From: a virus
Virus record (IMG/VR): IMGVR_UViG_3300027983_000011
Coordinates: 5,938 to 69,937 of that record
Strand: one strand, 5' to 3'
Length of the DNA stretch: 64,000 nt
The notes under the pieces were generated by a model. The model was given only the letters and a program-made list of their open reading frames with translations. It made no database searches and was not told where the DNA came from. Shown one piece after another: positions 9,808 through 18,735 of the stretch. Both the position numbers and the translations under genes were made by a program. Position 1 is the stretch's first letter. The number at the start of each line of letters is the position of its first letter.

Positions 9808-11853
9808 TTAACGATTTAGAAATTTTTTATTCATCGTGTGAGCAATTTCCATAACATTATTAATATCAATGATTAAGGCATCTTTACCATACATTTTTTT
9901 AAATGCTAGTGTGTTGACTGTAGAACGTCTTTTATCACCAAGTCCATCATTTTCAAGGTAATAACTAATAATTTGGACTCCGTTTTTTCTAAGGTAATCG
10001 ACTTGTTTTTTGGTGTGGCTCCACGCTTCTTCACCTCTATAACTTCCGCCGCCGAAATAGGGTTCGCCGTCGGACAGATTAACAAAAAAGCAATCGAGTT
10101 CGGGTGTTGCTCTTGGAAGATAATCCAAGATAGCTTCGAAAGCCAATCCTTCTGGAGTTGTTCCAGAACAGTTGAGTGAAGGAAACAATTGAATGATTTT
10201 ACTAAATTTATCTTTGCGTGAATCGTAAGCAATAAGAATGTAGGGATTTTCCGACTTCCCAAACTCTCCAACTGAACTACGAAATGAGATGGTGACGTCT
10301 AAATTCTTTACCATTGAAGCCGCCTTGGCCATAGCAACCACGGATGTTAAAGTTTTTCCCCACGCGCTCGACATCGAAGTGGAAGCATCAACGGAAATGT
10401 GCATGTGGGTGTTTTTATACTTATCTTCAGCGGTTTTATAAAATATTTGTTCAGAACCAAAGCCCAAATCAGCGATTAGTCGCTTTTCAATCCGCCCACC
10501 GTTTTGCCGTGTAAACCGTGTAACATGTGAGTCATTGCGTATCTGTAACTTTCGTCCCAACATTCTTCCAAGACGAACGCCATCCAACACCGATTTTTCG
10601 TGCTGATTTTTTAGAAGGGTTGTGTGTGAAGAGTATGGAAAATTTTCATCCTCAATCAGTTGTTTCGTGAAATTTTTCACAAGAATGCAATCAACGATAG
10701 GAACACCAAAATCGCCGCCGACTGGAATAAGTTCAATATCACTATTGTCCAGCGACTCAAGTTTTTTAATAACTTCATCTGAAAATGATTTATGTTGAGG
10801 ATTTCCATCTATCAAATCATCTTGTTCCTGAATTTTCTTTTTGACACGATTAATCTGTTCTTTCGTCAGGTCATCGGACGACTCATCTTCTTCTGCCTCA
10901 CCCTTTAATTCGTCCTGTTTTGAAATTGTATCAACATGTTCGCTCTCACCATTTTCTCCGCCAATAACATCATCTACATCATCTGCGTCATTTTTGTCTA
11001 TATCATCGGTAGGCGATATTTCGTCGGAAGATTTCTCTCCAGAATCACTTCCATCAGAGTCGCCCTTTTGCGGCTTTTTGTCTTCTTTCTTTTTCGGAGA
11101 ATTGTCTTCCTCTACAATCGCCTCCAAAACGATTGTAGCAATCTCACACGCAAGTTCGAGTCGGTCTTTTGGAGTAGAGAGTCGAAGAATGTTATCTAAG
11201 TCTAATTTTTCGTAAATCTCTTCAAGCCGAGGCAAAGCGTCTAGTGGAGATTCCGGATTAGTAATATTGATGATGCGAAATTTATAATTTCTGAGGGTTG
11301 GTTTTCTGGCAAAACCTTTGGACAGAAGTCCCTTGGTAACTTCCGGATCATTAAAGTAGCGGTTGTATAACGCAACATAATATCCGCGATATCCCGGAGC
11401 CGTTTTAAACGCCCAAGCGTCAATGTATCTATCTTCAACGTAGTTAAGCATCTTCTTTGTGAAAGTGTTAATATCTGTTTTTGACATCTTCTTCTGTCCA
11501 GCCAAATAAACAGAGTTTGGAATCTTTCCCCAAAAATTTACTAACATGGCAAAGTCGGATTTTACAATGTGGGAACCTTCGTGTAAAGCAAGGCCGACTG
11601 TTGAATCGATGTGGCCGCGGGAGAGTTCTCCGCCGATGTTAATAGATTTACCATCAGTGGACGATGTGGTTTTCTCCGCAAATTTTACCGGAATCTTTTC
11701 TCCAGTCAAAATCATTACAAAGTTGGAAATGGCACGGCGACAAGCTGACAATCGAATTAAATCTAACTGTGTGGGCTTCTTACCATCGAATTCAAAATCG
11801 TCATCAAGCCAGAATTTTGAATTTTCTGAGTCGGTTTTTTTGTTTCGTGACAT
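9808..11853 (-). CDS. VWA-domain protein with N-terminal HEXXH region (MoxR partner, CobT-like)
   Basis: LALHEGSH and NYVEDRYID; acidic linker; MIDAS VDASTSM...GTTPEG...LSDGEP. Confidence 0.75.
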   Translation of the reverse strand: MSRNKKTDSENSKFWLDDDFEFDGKKPTQLDLIRLSACRRAISNFVMILTGEKIPVKFAEKTTSSTDGKSINIGGELSRGHIDSTVGLALHEGSHIVKSDFAMLVNFWGKIPNSVYLAGQKKMSKTDINTFTKKMLNYVEDRYIDAWAFKTAPGYRGYYVALYNRYFNDPEVTKGLLSKGFARKPTLRNYKFRIINITNPESPLDALPRLEEIYEKLDLDNILRLSTPKDRLELACEIATIVLEAIVEEDNSPKKKEDKKPQKGDSDGSDSGEKSSDEISPTDDIDKNDADDVDDVIGGENGESEHVDTISKQDELKGEAEEDESSDDLTKEQINRVKKKIQEQDDLIDGNPQHKSFSDEVIKKLESLDNSDIELIPVGGDFGVPIVDCILVKNFTKQLIEDENFPYSSHTTLLKNQHEKSVLDGVRLGRMLGRKLQIRNDSHVTRFTRQNGGRIEKRLIADLGFGSEQIFYKTAEDKYKNTHMHISVDASTSMSSAWGKTLTSVVAMAKAASMVKNLDVTISFRSSVGEFGKSENPYILIAYDSRKDKFSKIIQLFPSLNCSGTTPEGLAFEAILDYLPRATPELDCFFVNLSDGEPYFGGGSYRGEEAWSHTKKQVDYLRKNGVQIISYYLENDGLGDKRRSTVNTLAFKKMYGKDALIIDINNVMEIAHTMNKKFLNR

Positions 11854-11855
11854 AA

Positions 11856-12809
11856 TCAGTATGGTGGACTATCATCGTCTGCCTTAACCTTTCTTGTCCC
11901 AAATGGGTTTGACGCAGTGACGTTGACAATGTACTTTTGAACAGCCTGTTTAATCAACGTTCTCTCACTATCGATTCCACCCGAATCGTCGAAATCGGGA
12001 TAGACCACAGCTTCCATAATATTTAGAAGAGAAAATCCATCAACAGCCATTCCGGCCATCTCAACCGCTGCTCGTGTTGAAATAGATTTGCTTAACTGGT
12101 CATCTTTTTCCATTTTACGAGAATCTGTTGTAACACCAGCGATAGCATCAATTAGGGCATCCTCAGCGGATGGATAAATCATTCTCAGTAACGCCTTTTC
12201 TTGTTCCTCAGTCAATGTATCCATCTCAATTTTAACCTGAAAACGGTCAAGCAGCGCTCGGTCCATAACCCGCGTTGCTGTATAATCACTACCAATATTT
12301 GCTGTTGCTATAAAAGAAACGCCTTCGGCAACCCTTACAATCTCAGAACCCTGTTTCTCATCCAACCTCAAATACCGTTGTAGTTCATCAAGAACGGGTA
12401 CAAGGATGTTCCAAGCCTCAGGATGACCTCTGGAAAGCTCGTCCAGTAAAATCACTGCGTTGGGTGTCTTGATTGCTTTGACGAACGCACTTTCGTCAAA
12501 AAAGGTGCCATCTGCCTTGCTGAAGTGTGTGTTGCCAATCAAAGCTGCTCGGGGGTCTTGAGTCGCACCCATGTTGATATAAAAATATTTGTCTTCCCGT
12601 CCCAAGGATTTCACAAGTGACTGTGCAGCAAGGGTTTTTCCGCTTCCAGTCGGACCGACCAAAAGAATATTTTTTCCACGTAACCCACTGCGTACCAAAT
12701 ATTTCCACTTGAGTTCACTGATAATTAACTTTTCTGGCTTAAATTTATACGATTCTTTAATCGCTTCGGAAATATCCTCATAGTCTGAAAGTGATTTTGA
12801 TTTACTCAT
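11856..12809 (-). CDS. MoxR/CbbQ/CobS-like AAA+ ATPase
   Basis: GPTGSGKT, ILLDELSR, IATAN, MDRALLDRF, ISTR. Start placed at ATG 12809, just downstream of the -10 box. Confidence 0.85.
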   Translation of the reverse strand: MSKSKSLSDYEDISEAIKESYKFKPEKLIISELKWKYLVRSGLRGKNILLVGPTGSGKTLAAQSLVKSLGREDKYFYINMGATQDPRAALIGNTHFSKADGTFFDESAFVKAIKTPNAVILLDELSRGHPEAWNILVPVLDELQRYLRLDEKQGSEIVRVAEGVSFIATANIGSDYTATRVMDRALLDRFQVKIEMDTLTEEQEKALLRMIYPSAEDALIDAIAGVTTDSRKMEKDDQLSKSISTRAAVEMAGMAVDGFSLLNIMEAVVYPDFDDSGGIDSERTLIKQAVQKYIVNVTASNPFGTRKVKADDDSPPY

Positions 12810-12828
12810 AACTTCACGATACATACTT

Positions 12829-12843
12829 TTTATAAACTGTCAA
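12829..12843 (-). promoter_or_regulatory. sigma70-like promoter with TTTATAAA box (AAA-VWA operon)
   Basis: Minus strand TTGACA-GTTTATAAAAAGTATG(16)-TATCGT, ATG 6 nt later. Confidence 0.6.
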
Positions 12844-12878
12844 TGTATTTTTCTTCATTGTTATAACTATTTATGTAA

Positions 12879-13520
12879 GTGTATAGATATAAAGATTTTT
12901 TCAATTTAAATGAAGACTACCCTCAGGGGTTTAGTTTAGAAGAATTAAAAAAAGTATCGTCTTTCGCTGGAAAATATCGGTATGTTAACTCACGCCTTCC
13001 AAAACTCGCCAGTGGTTCTGGCCGAACGGTGTTTAAGGTAGATGACACCAAAGTAATAAAACTTGCTAAGAATAAAAAAGGTATAGCGCAGAATAGTATT
13101 GAAGCTGAAGCGTATATTCAAACTTCCGGTGTAACAGCTAAGGTATTCGATTCTGACGAATATGATTTTTGGGTAGAAATGGAATTGGCGAAAAAAGTGG
13201 GGCGAAAAAGATTTGAACAACTCTCTGGAGTAAAAATAGATGAATTGGGCTCGTACCTCAGATACAGAGCAAATCAGATGAGACCAACGAATTCATTTAA
13301 TCGTCCACCAGCAACTTCCGAAGAATTGAATAGGAAAATGGAAAACAATGAATTTGTCGCCGGCATCGAATCGTTGATTGTAGATTATGATATGGAAGTA
13401 GTCGATCTAGCTAGACTTTCGACTTATGGTGAAGTTGAGCGAGAGGGTTCTCCGTCAGTTGTGTTGGTTGACTTTGGATTAACCAAATCGATATATAACG
13501 ACTTCTATCGGGCCCATTAA
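12879..13520 (+). CDS. Protein kinase-like fold protein
   Basis: LASGSGRTVF glycine loop, VIKLAK, helix C Glu (QNSIE), DL catalytic loop, VLVDFGL. Confidence 0.6.
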   Translation: MYRYKDFFNLNEDYPQGFSLEELKKVSSFAGKYRYVNSRLPKLASGSGRTVFKVDDTKVIKLAKNKKGIAQNSIEAEAYIQTSGVTAKVFDSDEYDFWVEMELAKKVGRKRFEQLSGVKIDELGSYLRYRANQMRPTNSFNRPPATSEELNRKMENNEFVAGIESLIVDYDMEVVDLARLSTYGEVEREGSPSVVLVDFGLTKSIYNDFYRAH

Positions 13521-14294
13521 TTATTTACGAATAGTCCAAGCGTCAGCTGCTAGATTTGGGTTGGATATGTAAGAAAATGGCATTTTAAAATATCCATTTT
13601 GCCCCCAACCTTCGCCCCAGCTATTTCTAACTAAAAGCTGACCATCTGAAATATTGTAACCAACTGCACACACCGCGTGCCCACCTAGAAATGTTTCGTT
13701 CGGTTTTGGAAGTTCGAGAATTCCCGTTTTAGCAACATTCGGACCTTCAAATTCTGTGTAGACAGAGAATCCAAACACAAAGGGAAAACCCGCTGCCAAA
13801 CACGCCAACATGTCTGGCAACGAATTTAAGCGAGCATACTCAGTAATCTTGTGAGTCTTAGCTGCTTCATAACAATTCGCCAATGGTTTAATCTTAAATT
13901 TGTTAATGTCATAGTCCCACAACCGTTCGTCACATGTTCCGTGAGTTGCTAAAGCCTGTATCGTTGAGCGTAATGACGCTCCACTGTCAACTTCAATATT
14001 TCCTTCAATTTCCCGTGTGTTGTAGTACACAAACAATCGACTAAAATTCTCACAATCTGTTTCCATACTTTCATCTAAAATTTCAAGATACTCCAAAGCT
14101 CCAACAACAGAATTTGCTGTACATGAACCGAGAGTAGACTGATTCTCCACAGTAGAGCATTTCCCCCGTAAATCAATTTGATTTGGAATCGTCGATAAAT
14201 TTTTAGGCACACCAACTGTTAAGACTCTATCACGAGAGTCAGCTATATCAGGTTTCCAACCGTATTTTGAATTTTTCTTAGAGTGATGTGTCAT
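13521..14294 (-). CDS. Papain-like C1 cysteine protease
   Basis: NQSTLGSCTAN, GGHAVCAVGY, VRNSWGEGWGQNGYF. Confidence 0.92.
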   Translation of the reverse strand: MTHHSKKNSKYGWKPDIADSRDRVLTVGVPKNLSTIPNQIDLRGKCSTVENQSTLGSCTANSVVGALEYLEILDESMETDCENFSRLFVYYNTREIEGNIEVDSGASLRSTIQALATHGTCDERLWDYDINKFKIKPLANCYEAAKTHKITEYARLNSLPDMLACLAAGFPFVFGFSVYTEFEGPNVAKTGILELPKPNETFLGGHAVCAVGYNISDGQLLVRNSWGEGWGQNGYFKMPFSYISNPNLAADAWTIRK

Positions 14295-14546
14295 GACCTA
14301 TAATTATAATATATAGGTCATGAACACACACTTATTTTATCATTGGTCGATTTTTAGTTAAACTCAATCGTTCAACACGTTTACGTCCTACGAATCTTGA
14401 TAGCCTGACGCACCACGAGCATGTAACGAATGTAGGTGTAGTAGCTGGGGCAGTACATTTTCATACCGTATTCGGCCATCTGAGCTACGAATGCATGATT
14501 TGTTTATGACGCCTATCTTGGAAGACGGTTTATCAAATGTCAAGCC

Positions 14547-15167
14547 CTAATATGTAAATTTCTGTTCCACTTGGTATGGCAAATTTAAAGCCTGTAACGC
14601 AATCTCGACCTCTTTAAAACATTCGTTTACTCCACCACCAGTAAGTATGATGTTACGAAATTGTTTGATATAATCCATCAAGTCGGGAATATTCACGCAG
14701 TCGCCGGAATCTCGTAGCAACTCATAGACTTCCTTCCTATCAGTCCGCCTGTATTCTCGGAGATATTTTGCCCACATACCACGGTCCATGTCTCGTGAGT
14801 CTCTCACGTCATTCTGATACATGAATCTCACAAAGTTCGAAATAACTGAATCCTCTAGGTTGTTGTCCATACAATATCTAAAAAACGCATACCCTTTATC
14901 ATAAAATTTTATGGTATTGAGTGTCTCTTCGGTCAGTCCGGCTTCAAACAACCAATATTTATAATCTTCTTCCGTGACCATTCCCAACGTCTCATGCCCG
15001 TTGTACAAAAAAATCAATCGCCCAAAATCGTTCTCGTTTAAGTAGTCACAATATTCATGAATCTTAAAACCGAATGCCTTTTCGTATTCCGGTTGAATAT
15101 CAACTGATATAAAGGTCTTTCCAACGCGAGAAGTCTCAGATAATATACTCTTCAACTTCATAGTCAT
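14547..15167 (-). CDS. Isochorismatase/cysteine hydrolase-like protein
   Basis: ISVDIQPEY (VDxQ) and LTGGGVNECF (catalytic Cys region). Confidence 0.5.
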   Translation of the reverse strand: MTMKLKSILSETSRVGKTFISVDIQPEYEKAFGFKIHEYCDYLNENDFGRLIFLYNGHETLGMVTEEDYKYWLFEAGLTEETLNTIKFYDKGYAFFRYCMDNNLEDSVISNFVRFMYQNDVRDSRDMDRGMWAKYLREYRRTDRKEVYELLRDSGDCVNIPDLMDYIKQFRNIILTGGGVNECFKEVEIALQALNLPYQVEQKFTY

Positions 15168-15175
15168 GAAATTGA

Positions 15176-15859
15176 TTATTTCTTCTTATCTTTGAGCACT
15201 GGAGTGTCTTTCAACTTCGTGGTCAACTTATCAGGACTTGCTTTGTCTTTATCTGGTTTCAAATTAACCTTCTTTTGGAGAGCCATATCGATGATGCGTT
15301 CAATTTTGTCGACGAGGTCGCCGCCCATTTGCATTGTGTTATCATCACCTGTTGGAGAGAGCTTTTTATCAACCTTTTTCTCCGCCTTCTCATCACTATC
15401 ATCGGAGATGTCAAGTTGAGTCTCATCTTCAACATCGGTCATTTGGTCTTCAACCTCTTCTTTATCATCTTCAACCCTCTTTCCAAATCCTTTCTCAGAT
15501 TTATCATAGGCTTTTTTAGTTGATGGTTTTTCAGTATCTTTAGCGTGACCCTTGATAAATTCAACCGCATCTTCCAATTTGAGGCTCTTGGCGACCTTAC
15601 GTTCAGCTCCATTGGTGACAGACTCAACATCATACAAGTCGTTCGCATTTTTAACTAATTTGACCGTATGTTTAGGAGTGTTGGCAATAACCTTCCCTGA
15701 GCCTGGTGGGTTAGATACGTTTCCGTCCTTACCAACGGCCTTTTCCAAGGCCTTAACACCCTCTTCGTCTTTCGAGTGATCGGATGTGCCAAATTGATTC
15801 ATGGTAATTTCTTTTAATACCATCTTTTTGATAACAGACTTTAGTTTTTCGCGGTTCAT
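15176..15859 (-). CDS. Highly charged probable internal head protein
   Basis: Likely start MNREKLKSVIKKMVLKE downstream of TATTTATA; K/E/D-rich. Confidence 0.5.
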   Translation of the reverse strand: MNREKLKSVIKKMVLKEITMNQFGTSDHSKDEEGVKALEKAVGKDGNVSNPPGSGKVIANTPKHTVKLVKNANDLYDVESVTNGAERKVAKSLKLEDAVEFIKGHAKDTEKPSTKKAYDKSEKGFGKRVEDDKEEVEDQMTDVEDETQLDISDDSDEKAEKKVDKKLSPTGDDNTMQMGGDLVDKIERIIDMALQKKVNLKPDKDKASPDKLTTKLKDTPVLKDKKK

Positions 15860-15943
15860 ACTTGTATAGGGGGTTGTGTTGTATATAAATAGTTCTCCAA
15901 TGGAGAAAACAACAAACAAAGCACCAATAATTCTGTCTGCTTA

Positions 15944-16744
15944 TTATACAAAAAATGCCTCTGCCGTGTTAGGGTCAAAGTCTTTTGGATTTACAAATAC
16001 TTCTGAAATTTCATCCGAATGAACATCCTGTTTCGGATATGGGTAAGTTTTGTGCTTTAGGTTCTCCATTATCTTTTTTCTCTCTTTACCCTTTAACAAG
16101 ATGTAAATGTAGCGGTGTTTTGAGGATTCCTTTTTTCTCCAAAATGTGTGGCCAATAGCTTCCTTTAAGTGGTCAACATTATGACTACCATATCTTTCTG
16201 AAACAGTTCGGCTATGAATCCACTCATATGGATTACGTGTAAGGGACACGCTGTAGTTTGGCATAAGGGCTAATTGTGAGTTTCCTTGGTATAACCAATT
16301 GGTACTCTGATATATAATACCCGTGTGTCCAGCTTCATTGTCAGCATAGCTCAATAGTGCTTTGATTTTTGGTCGGTTCTGACGTAACCAGTGAAAGCTT
16401 TGGCCGATGCAGTAGCTCTCCATATTCTTTGCATTGGGTATATCGGCTATCCACAGTCTGACAAGTTCATAAACCTCATTGATATTAAGGCTTTCGGAGA
16501 TTGATGCTGCAGCAGACCGCCCAACGGGATTCCCATAAATGAGACACCCAATCAATTTTTCCGTGTCGTTTTCAAAAAAACTGGATTCACTCGGTTCTTG
16601 TTTTAAAAATACACCTAAGGCCACCGAACACAAACTCCACTTGTGGGAATAATGGTTCTTAACAATTATATCTTTAGCGATGAGATGATTAATCTCCCGT
16701 AGGAATATTTTAGATGTATCTACGAACGAAATAGAGTTGCTCAT
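15944..16744 (-). CDS. Mom-like GNAT DNA-modification protein
   Basis: KNHYSH, YELVRLWI, ESYCIGQS, LLSYAD..AGHTGIIYQSTNWLYQG, KHRYIY. Confidence 0.72.
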   Translation of the reverse strand: MSNSISFVDTSKIFLREINHLIAKDIIVKNHYSHKWSLCSVALGVFLKQEPSESSFFENDTEKLIGCLIYGNPVGRSAAASISESLNINEVYELVRLWIADIPNAKNMESYCIGQSFHWLRQNRPKIKALLSYADNEAGHTGIIYQSTNWLYQGNSQLALMPNYSVSLTRNPYEWIHSRTVSERYGSHNVDHLKEAIGHTFWRKKESSKHRYIYILLKGKERKKIMENLKHKTYPYPKQDVHSDEISEVFVNPKDFDPNTAEAFFV

Positions 16745-16779
16745 TTAATAACCCACAATACAAAATGTAGGTCACAATG

Positions 16780-17316
16780 TCAACGCTTAAAATTCAAAAT
16801 TTGCTTTTCTGAGAATTGGATATTTCTTACCAATTCAAATAACACTACGAAGCCGAGGTTCCCGAAAAGAGATTTGATATAAAATACCCACGCCGGTGTA
16901 TATTGTGGCATGCCATAAACCACCGCGTTGAACCATTCATGTATTCCGTTTCCGTAGATTGGATTAATCGACCACGCAAATGTACTTGTCAACAGAAAAT
17001 ACGATGTCGTCGCAACAAATGTCTTTAGAATTAAATTCATCTGTTTTAATCTTCCAAGACAGTGTATTGAATATAAAAATAACATCATGAACATCATGTT
17101 CCAGCCAACCATGGGCATATTATAGTGCCAATTAATGACGCAATCGGAAATAATATAACCTATAAGTGGAATATGAACATAATTGGTTAATTCTTTTCGA
17201 AAGCATAAAAACAATGCAAACAGCGGCGTCACGTTAAGAAGGATATCATATTCAATTCCGGCGAGCCGGAAAAGAACAACAAATGCGGTAAGGAGTAGGG
17301 GGAATGTGTATTTCAT
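16780..17316 (-). CDS. DUF6580-like membrane protein (BtuM/ECF S-component-like putative transporter)
   Basis: Several hydrophobic helices; FRL...NVTPLFAL, ISD, YFLLTSTFAW, PIY, GMPQYTPAWVFYIKSLFGNL parallel the DUF6580 pattern. Confidence 0.6.
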   Translation of the reverse strand: MKYTFPLLLTAFVVLFRLAGIEYDILLNVTPLFALFLCFRKELTNYVHIPLIGYIISDCVINWHYNMPMVGWNMMFMMLFLYSIHCLGRLKQMNLILKTFVATTSYFLLTSTFAWSINPIYGNGIHEWFNAVVYGMPQYTPAWVFYIKSLFGNLGFVVLFELVRNIQFSEKQILNFKR

Positions 17317-17501
17317 ATTTCAAATTCTAGTTGACCCGTTTTTAACATCGTTTCTATAAACGGAAAGCATAATTGACACATTGTACCGCAACCGGTTTCT
17401 TCACGGATTTCTTGTAGAGTTGTTAGATTTTTTTGGTCGGCCATAATTTTTAATTTATCAAAAGTTGTATCGAAACACACACACATATTTATCGTACTCA
17501 T
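17313..17501 (-). CDS. BFD-like [2Fe-2S] ferredoxin
   Basis: C-X-C-X32-C-X2-C (CVC...GCGTMCQLC); ATG overlaps the nrdJ stop (TAATG). Confidence 0.78.
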   Translation of the reverse strand: MSTINMCVCFDTTFDKLKIMADQKNLTTLQEIREETGCGTMCQLCFPFIETMLKTGQLEFEI

Positions 17502-18547
17502 TATTTGATAGGACATGCCCCTCCGGCACATTCAACGTCGAGACTCTCCGAACCAATGTCATGTTTTATGGTTGATATCGGCTTAACGTTTTTTGAGAGC
17601 TCTTTGTATTTTTCTTCAGTAATTTCTTCGTATGGGGCTTGGCGAAATCCGTGTCCAGAATGAAGAAGGAAGCTGACCGATTTAAGACTGGTCTCGTAAT
17701 TCTTCTTCATCCAGTCTTTGATGTCAGTCAATTCCTCTTCCTTATAATAAATGGTAACAGAGACAGCATTATCGGCCCAAATGGTTTGTAATTTTTTAAC
17801 AAGTTCAAGTTGGTTTATCGCTCCCATGTCATTTGCTAAAATAGCATTTTTCCCATCAGCACATGGAAATTCGACAACCACATTCTCTCGGTCAAGAGTT
17901 CCATCTAATCGAACGAGATATTCAATATTATAACCAAGTTCTTTACAAATCGGAATCAGTTTATCGCCAGAGCCCATTTGGACTCGACGAATGTAGTAGT
18001 TGGCGAAGGCCGGATGGCCGCCTGGTGTGGAGCCAGCCAATAAACTTAACGTTCCAGAAGGCTTTACTGTTGTGAGTTTAATACTAACAGGATAGCCACA
18101 GGCCTTGCTCCATTCAGCATCATACTTACGAAGTTCCTTATAGCAGTTATCCAACCAATCGAGCTTATCCATAGACTGACAGACTCCTGTTACGCCAAGA
18201 CCGATTCTCATATTCTTTTTAACAATCGCTTTTGTTTTTTCATAGTGAAATGGTAGAGTCCAAATAGCTTTTTGTGTCTTGTAAAGAAGTTTGGCGCATT
18301 CGTTCAATTCTTCTTGTGATGTAATGTTGTTTAAATACAATTCACATAGGTTACAAGCTTCACCATCTCCCAAAGTAATTTCTGCGCAGTTATGAACTAA
18401 CACATCGTTCGCAAAAAAGTTTTCGTTTTTCGCGACCGTTATATCATACACATCAGCGTTTTCAACAACTCTAATGCTTTTGATTTTTATACGTTTATAG
18501 GGTAAGTCCGTATTTTCTACGCGTTCTGTTTGATTAGTTGTTTCCAT
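17501..18547 (-). CDS. nrdJ: Class II (B12-dependent) ribonucleotide reductase, C-terminal half with split-intein IntC (18389-18547)
   Basis: VYDITV..NENFFANDVLVHN|CAEITL..CNLCE, TTVKPSGTLSLLAG, C-terminal CAGGACPIK. Confidence 0.93.
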   Translation of the reverse strand: METTNQTERVENTDLPYKRIKIKSIRVVENADVYDITVAKNENFFANDVLVHNCAEITLGDGEACNLCELYLNNITSQEELNECAKLLYKTQKAIWTLPFHYEKTKAIVKKNMRIGLGVTGVCQSMDKLDWLDNCYKELRKYDAEWSKACGYPVSIKLTTVKPSGTLSLLAGSTPGGHPAFANYYIRRVQMGSGDKLIPICKELGYNIEYLVRLDGTLDRENVVVEFPCADGKNAILANDMGAINQLELVKKLQTIWADNAVSVTIYYKEEELTDIKDWMKKNYETSLKSVSFLLHSGHGFRQAPYEEITEEKYKELSKNVKPISTIKHDIGSESLDVECAGGACPIK

Positions 18548-18735
18548 AATTTTAATTCTTTTCTATAGCTGCTTGTGTATGTCTTTATATTATCTATGAC
18601 TATAATTTTTATGTCGGGGTATTCCTTTTTTAGAATATCCACCTTATACAGCCTGTCCTTGAAGTACCCCTTTAATTCGACGATGTATTCTCCTACGGTA
18701 TCCTTTATTGTAAAATCCGTGCGACATTTCTTCAG
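18517..18735 (-). pseudogene. C-terminal remnant of a free-standing PD-(D/E)xK endonuclease between the nrdJ halves
   Basis: Manual translation, no ATG: KKCRTDFTIKDTVGEYIVELKGYFKDRLYKVDILKKEYPDIKIIVID...*; DF...ELKG motif. Confidence 0.65.

Noticed and set aside
9808-12809. CobS/CobT cobaltochelatase tied to the B12 theme
   Set aside because: No CobN or other cobalamin synthesis genes; such AAA/VWA pairs are common phage chaperone modules.
14476-14494. Minus-strand GCATTCGTAGCTCAGATGG resembles a tRNA-Arg 5' end
   Set aside because: No anticodon arm, T-loop or acceptor complement follows; the region also reads as a short ORF.
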